A program made the position numbers and the translations under genes. Shown here in pieces: positions 60,376 to 64,000 of a stretch of 64,000 bases of DNA. Positions within the stretch are counted from its first letter, which is position 1; every line of letters begins with the position of its first letter. The notes beneath the pieces were generated by a model that worked only from the letters and a program-made list of their open reading frames with translations, searched no databases and was not told where the DNA came from. The DNA is from Rubripirellula sp. (lineage in GTDB: Bacteria > Planctomycetota > Planctomycetia > Pirellulales > Pirellulaceae). The stretch spans positions 1,120,001 through 1,184,000 of the forward strand of contig OZ244207.1 in the NCBI GenBank assembly GCA_965216875.1, given 5' to 3'.

Positions 60376-60677
60376 TACTGAGCCGAACGCGCTAGCGTCG
60401 GGCCCTTTGCGTCGGGGTTGTTGTGGCGAATACCGGCGGCTAGTGCCTTGCCGCTCAGCTGTGTGCCGTGATCGCGTAAGCGGCCGGGCTTTGATCGTCC
60501 TCACACTCGCCGCGCGTCAGCAAGGGCCCGAGGCCTGACGGCCTGCGGCTCACGGGCACTGCCCAATCTGCACAAGATGTTGCTCTGGTGGCACCAAGAT
60601 TGCAATCCGCAGCACAATCGCCTTGCCGCTCATGAGCCGCGATCATGTGATCGCGGCTTCAAAGAGAATCACTCGCG

Positions 60678-61223
60678 CTAGTTGCGGGACGGGAAGGTAC
60701 CGATGAGTGCGATGATGTAATTCAATCCGAGGAACGGTTGACGGTTGCTGAACGAAGTGTTGTTGCCAGTGTTGAGAACCGTAACACCGCCTGTCAGCGC
60801 TCGCAGTGACGCGTCGGTAGCCGCCGTGCTGTAGATGTCTTCTGGCGAAAGACCCAACGCGTTGCCCGACGGATCATCTGAGTTGCCGTTATCTGTCACG
60901 TGACAGGGAACTGCCAAGGTCGATGTCGCTGTGTGGGTGTGGGCCGGCAGGTTGTTGACGTTCAGCGTTGTGTCAGCGTTACCTGACCTTTCACCAAGGG
61001 CGACATTTTGAAGACCAGGGCCTTGACCTTCGTGCACGGCCACGCGGCCTCGAAGTTCGGGCAACCCAAAGGTTGTTCGTCCATCGCCGCCGTAGGTTGT
61101 CCCTAGGATCGCAAATAGGGCTTGATTCTCACTGATTGCTAAGAGCTGACCATCACATAGTGCCCAGCCGCGAGGGGCGAAGTTGCCCGCGAATAAAATG
61201 ATTTGACCAATAAACGGTTCCAT
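60678..61223 (-). CDS. Phage tail-collar domain protein (MdpB-like), copy 2
   Basis: FIGQIILFAGNFAPRGWALCDGQLL...LGTTYGGDG..TF.LPELRGR; C-terminal QPFLGLNYIIALIG.FPSR. Confidence 0.9.
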   Translation of the reverse strand: MEPFIGQIILFAGNFAPRGWALCDGQLLAISENQALFAILGTTYGGDGRTTFGLPELRGRVAVHEGQGPGLQNVALGERSGNADTTLNVNNLPAHTHTATSTLAVPCHVTDNGNSDDPSGNALGLSPEDIYSTAATDASLRALTGGVTVLNTGNNTSFSNRQPFLGLNYIIALIGTFPSRN

Positions 61224-61260
61224 GACCTATCTCGCTGTTAAGTGTTTTTGCGGGTGATGC

Positions 61261-61806
61261 TTAGCTTCGACTTGGGAAAATGCCAGTCAACGCAATGATG
61301 TAGTTCAATCCCAGGAAGGGCTGCATGTTCGAAAACGAGGTTCCGTTGCCAGTGTTCGCAAGCGTGACGCCGCCGGTGAGTGCACGCAGCGATGCATCGG
61401 TTGCCGCGCTGGAGTAGATGTCTTCGGGTGACAAACCCAGCGCGTTTCCAGACGGGTCGTCCGAATTGCCGTTGTCGGTGACGTGACACGGCACTGCCAA
61501 AGTGGACGTTGCCGTGTGTGTGTGCGACGGCATGTTATTGATATTTAGCGTTGTGCTTGCGTTGCCAGCCTTCTCACCCAAGGCGACCGGTGGCAGGCCA
61601 GGTCCGTTGCCTGGGTGCACCGGCACTCGCCCACGCAATTCAGGCAGCGCGAAGTTGGTACGTCCATTACCGCCGTAGGTTGTGCCGAGAATCGAAAACA
61701 ACGCGCTGTGCGAAGCGATGTCCAGGAGCTGGCCATCGCAAAATGCCCAACCGCGCGGGGCAAAATTGCCCGCAAACAAAATGATCTGTCCAATAAAGGG
61801 CTCCAT
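61261..61806 (-). CDS. Phage tail-collar domain protein (MdpB-like), copy 1
   Basis: Same motifs; 181-aa paralog of the adjacent gene. Confidence 0.9.
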   Translation of the reverse strand: MEPFIGQIILFAGNFAPRGWAFCDGQLLDIASHSALFSILGTTYGGNGRTNFALPELRGRVPVHPGNGPGLPPVALGEKAGNASTTLNINNMPSHTHTATSTLAVPCHVTDNGNSDDPSGNALGLSPEDIYSSAATDASLRALTGGVTLANTGNGTSFSNMQPFLGLNYIIALTGIFPSRS

Positions 61807-62193
61807 CGCGATGACCTCTGCAAGAAGTTGATGAGTGAATCAAGGGGGACTGTGTTCATCGAAGAGCACTTTGCCCACCACGAATTGGTTAGCGACCAGC
61901 TGCGAATCGCAGCGCGATCGCCGGTGGCAGTGCAACCATGTTAGTGTCTCGGCGCCCCCATGAACAAAGATGAACAGGCGTGCCGTGCTTCAAGAATAGC
62001 GCGATGGCTGCCACGTTTGGTCTGCACGCCCGCGCACCGTGTATGGGACACTTGGCATTTAGAAACGCATACTAAGGTGTCTGCTGTGCGACGCGGCTGA
62101 ACTGCTGTTCAGGAACGTGACGAATTCTGTTCGACCGAACGACGGAAACCTGGTGGTGTTTCGTTCAGATAGAAAAATTCAGGTTCCGCTGAA

Positions 62194-63099
62194 TCAATTG
62201 CTACAGACTTGGTTGCGTCCGAGCGATTTGGCTTGATAGAGCGCTTTGTCGGCTCGAACAAACGCGGAGTCCCAAGTCTCATCCTGTCCGACCAGCGTTA
62301 CACCGGCACTTGCCGTTACGGTCAAACAAGTCGATTCGAAGCGTAGGTCGCATCCTTGAAGTTTGCGCAGAATTTGAGCAACGATCTCGCAGGCATCCTT
62401 GACGCCCGATCCAGGCAGGATCAAAGCGAACTCTTCGCCCCCAAACCGCGCTGCAAATGAGCCCTGGGGTGCTTGCGCGACGAGTAACTTTGCGATTGAC
62501 CGTAAGACAGCGTCCCCTACAAAGTGTCCGTGTTGGTCGTTGACTCGCTTGAAGTGATCGATGTCGACCAGCGCCAATGACAGCGGAGTCTCGTTTTGGA
62601 CGCTCTCGTTCAAGAGGTGTTTGAACTGAGACTCGAGCGGCCGTCTGTTCGGCATTTCGGTAAGCGGGTCGGTATCGGCCGTCGCTTGGATCCCGAGCAC
62701 CTTGCGTTGTCTCGCGATCGCGTATCGGATGGCTCGCAGAAGTGATTGACGCGTGACATCGCCTTTGGCAAGAAAGTCCTGAGCACCCGTTTCGATTGCC
62801 GTGAGCCCAAGCTGTTCATCGTCGCTTCCGGTGACCACGACAACGGGCAACCGCGCATCAAGGGAACGAATCTGGTCAAGTGAATCGAGACCCTCTGAGT
62901 CGGGCAAACTCAAATCCAACATGGCGACGTCGTAGTCGGTTTCCTGCAGTCGCTCGATTGCGTCTTTCAGATAGGCAACCTGCTCGACTTCAAAGTTCAC
63001 CTCACCACTGGCTTGCAACAATCGTCGAACGAAGATCGCGTCGACATCACTGTCTTCGATCATGAGGACTCGAATCGATTGATAGGCGCCGTTGGTCAT
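62194..63099 (-). CDS. Response-regulator diguanylate cyclase (REC-GGDEF)
   Basis: VLMIEDS, MLDLSLPDS, DPLTEMPNRR, DIDHFKRVND..GH..GD, RFGGEEF, ADKALYQAK..GRN. Confidence 0.92.
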   Translation of the reverse strand: MTNGAYQSIRVLMIEDSDVDAIFVRRLLQASGEVNFEVEQVAYLKDAIERLQETDYDVAMLDLSLPDSEGLDSLDQIRSLDARLPVVVVTGSDDEQLGLTAIETGAQDFLAKGDVTRQSLLRAIRYAIARQRKVLGIQATADTDPLTEMPNRRPLESQFKHLLNESVQNETPLSLALVDIDHFKRVNDQHGHFVGDAVLRSIAKLLVAQAPQGSFAARFGGEEFALILPGSGVKDACEIVAQILRKLQGCDLRFESTCLTVTASAGVTLVGQDETWDSAFVRADKALYQAKSLGRNQVCSN

Positions 63100-63700
63100 G
63101 TCGAGGGGGCGTTGGGCGATTGGCCTGCGATGGGAGAGTGACGGTCTTGAATGAGAGCAGACATCGTGGCGCACAAGTGATGCCATTGGCAATGGCGATT
63201 CATTCTCTCTGAGTCAGTGTTTTTTCGAATTGGGCCGTTTTTTCAACCTCGTCAATGCTTTTGGGCGCCGTCCACCAGCTCGACTTCTCTCTCGCGAAGC
63301 GTATTCGATGGTGTCGCGGGCCCAAGGAACGGGATGTTTCCAAACGCAACTCTAGCGGCTGCGGGTTCATAGACGATTGTAGTGGCCCGTTAATCGTTAC
63401 AGGTCGCGCAGTCAAAAAGGTCCGCGTGACCGACCAGGAAAGCTGGTCCGGCTAGCGAAAAACTACAGGTTTGCAACGAGTGATTGAGGTCGAGGGTCGA
63501 TAGCAGTTGTGCACGCCCAGAGTTTGGGCGTGGCGTCGCGCCGCCACACGCCGATCGACCACTTTGGAACCTCCCATGGAACCTAGGCCTGGTCAGATCG
63601 GGGCGAAGCTTCGAGAAGGGCTGATGGCCGCTCGGACGTGTTGCGGCTCAGGCGCTGGCAATGAACCTTCCCAAGTACCCAAGTCCATGGAGATCTCACG

Positions 63701-64000
63701 ATGCGTCGTGTAATCGTTCCTGCGTTGTTTGCAATCGCAATGGTTGCAGGCAGCTCGGTCAACGCCAGTGCGTTTGGCCTCTTTGACAAACTCTGTAAGA
63801 AGAGTTGTGACACCTGCTGTGACGTCGAACCGGCGTGCGGCTGTGAAGCACCTTGCGAACCCGCTTGTGGCTGCGAAGCTCCTTGCGAGCCAGCTTGCGG
63901 TTGCGAAGCTCCTTGTGAGCCCGCATGCGGCTGCGAAGCACCTTGCTGCGACAGCGGCTGCGGCTGCAAGAGCAAAGGCCTGTTGCACCGCTTGTTCCAC
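63701..64000 (+). CDS. Secreted Cys-rich repeat protein, 3'-partial
   Basis: GGAGA RBS; MRRVIVPALFAIAMVAGSSVNASA-FGLFDKLCKKSCDTCCDV(EPACGCEAPC)x4 CDSGCGCKSKGLLHRLFH; open at the window end and absent from the ORF track. Confidence 0.85.
   Translation, partial: MRRVIVPALFAIAMVAGSSVNASAFGLFDKLCKKSCDTCCDVEPACGCEAPCEPACGCEAPCEPACGCEAPCEPACGCEAPCCDSGCGCKSKGLLHRLFH

Noticed and set aside
60678..61806. Prophage remnant
   Set aside because: No capsid, terminase, integrase, baseplate or sheath genes are in the window.
63583..64000. Minus-strand ORFs with QGASQPQAGS or Ala-rich repeats
   Set aside because: They are antisense shadows of the + strand Cys-rich gene, which has an RBS and a signal peptide.

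Overview
This is a 64-kb chromosomal segment of a planctomycete, most likely Pirellulaceae (DUF1559, DUF1501, PSD1/PSCyt, PQQ-propeller, sulfatase and Cys-rich envelope genes). Housekeeping genes include uvrA, dgt, glgX, cls, dapA, ymdB, proA, fliM, HU and yidD, and the intergenic spaces carry several REP-like palindrome families. Three regions stand out. (1) At ~22.4-28.0 kb is an integrase-less integron-type cassette array: about 10 attC-like hairpins separate small minus-strand orphan genes and pseudogenes, with an attI-like site, a TTGACA-N17-GAGAAT promoter, exact cassette-end complementarity and a decay gradient away from attI. (2) At 46.2-49.0 kb an ECF sigma factor is coupled to a putative anti-sigma fused to a CcsA/CcmC-type WWD heme-handling domain, divergent from an outer-membrane beta-barrel gene; this is a candidate heme-sensing ECF system. 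(3) At 12.9-21.8 kb is a His-rich metal-homeostasis-like operon led by a CxxC/RGPP (DUF2946/CruR-like) putative ribosome-arrest leader, with a MoxR/DUF58/transglutaminase-like triad whose catalytic Cys appears replaced. No rRNA, tRNA, CRISPR array, integrase or transposase was recognised. All family assignments come from motif recognition by eye, not database searches.
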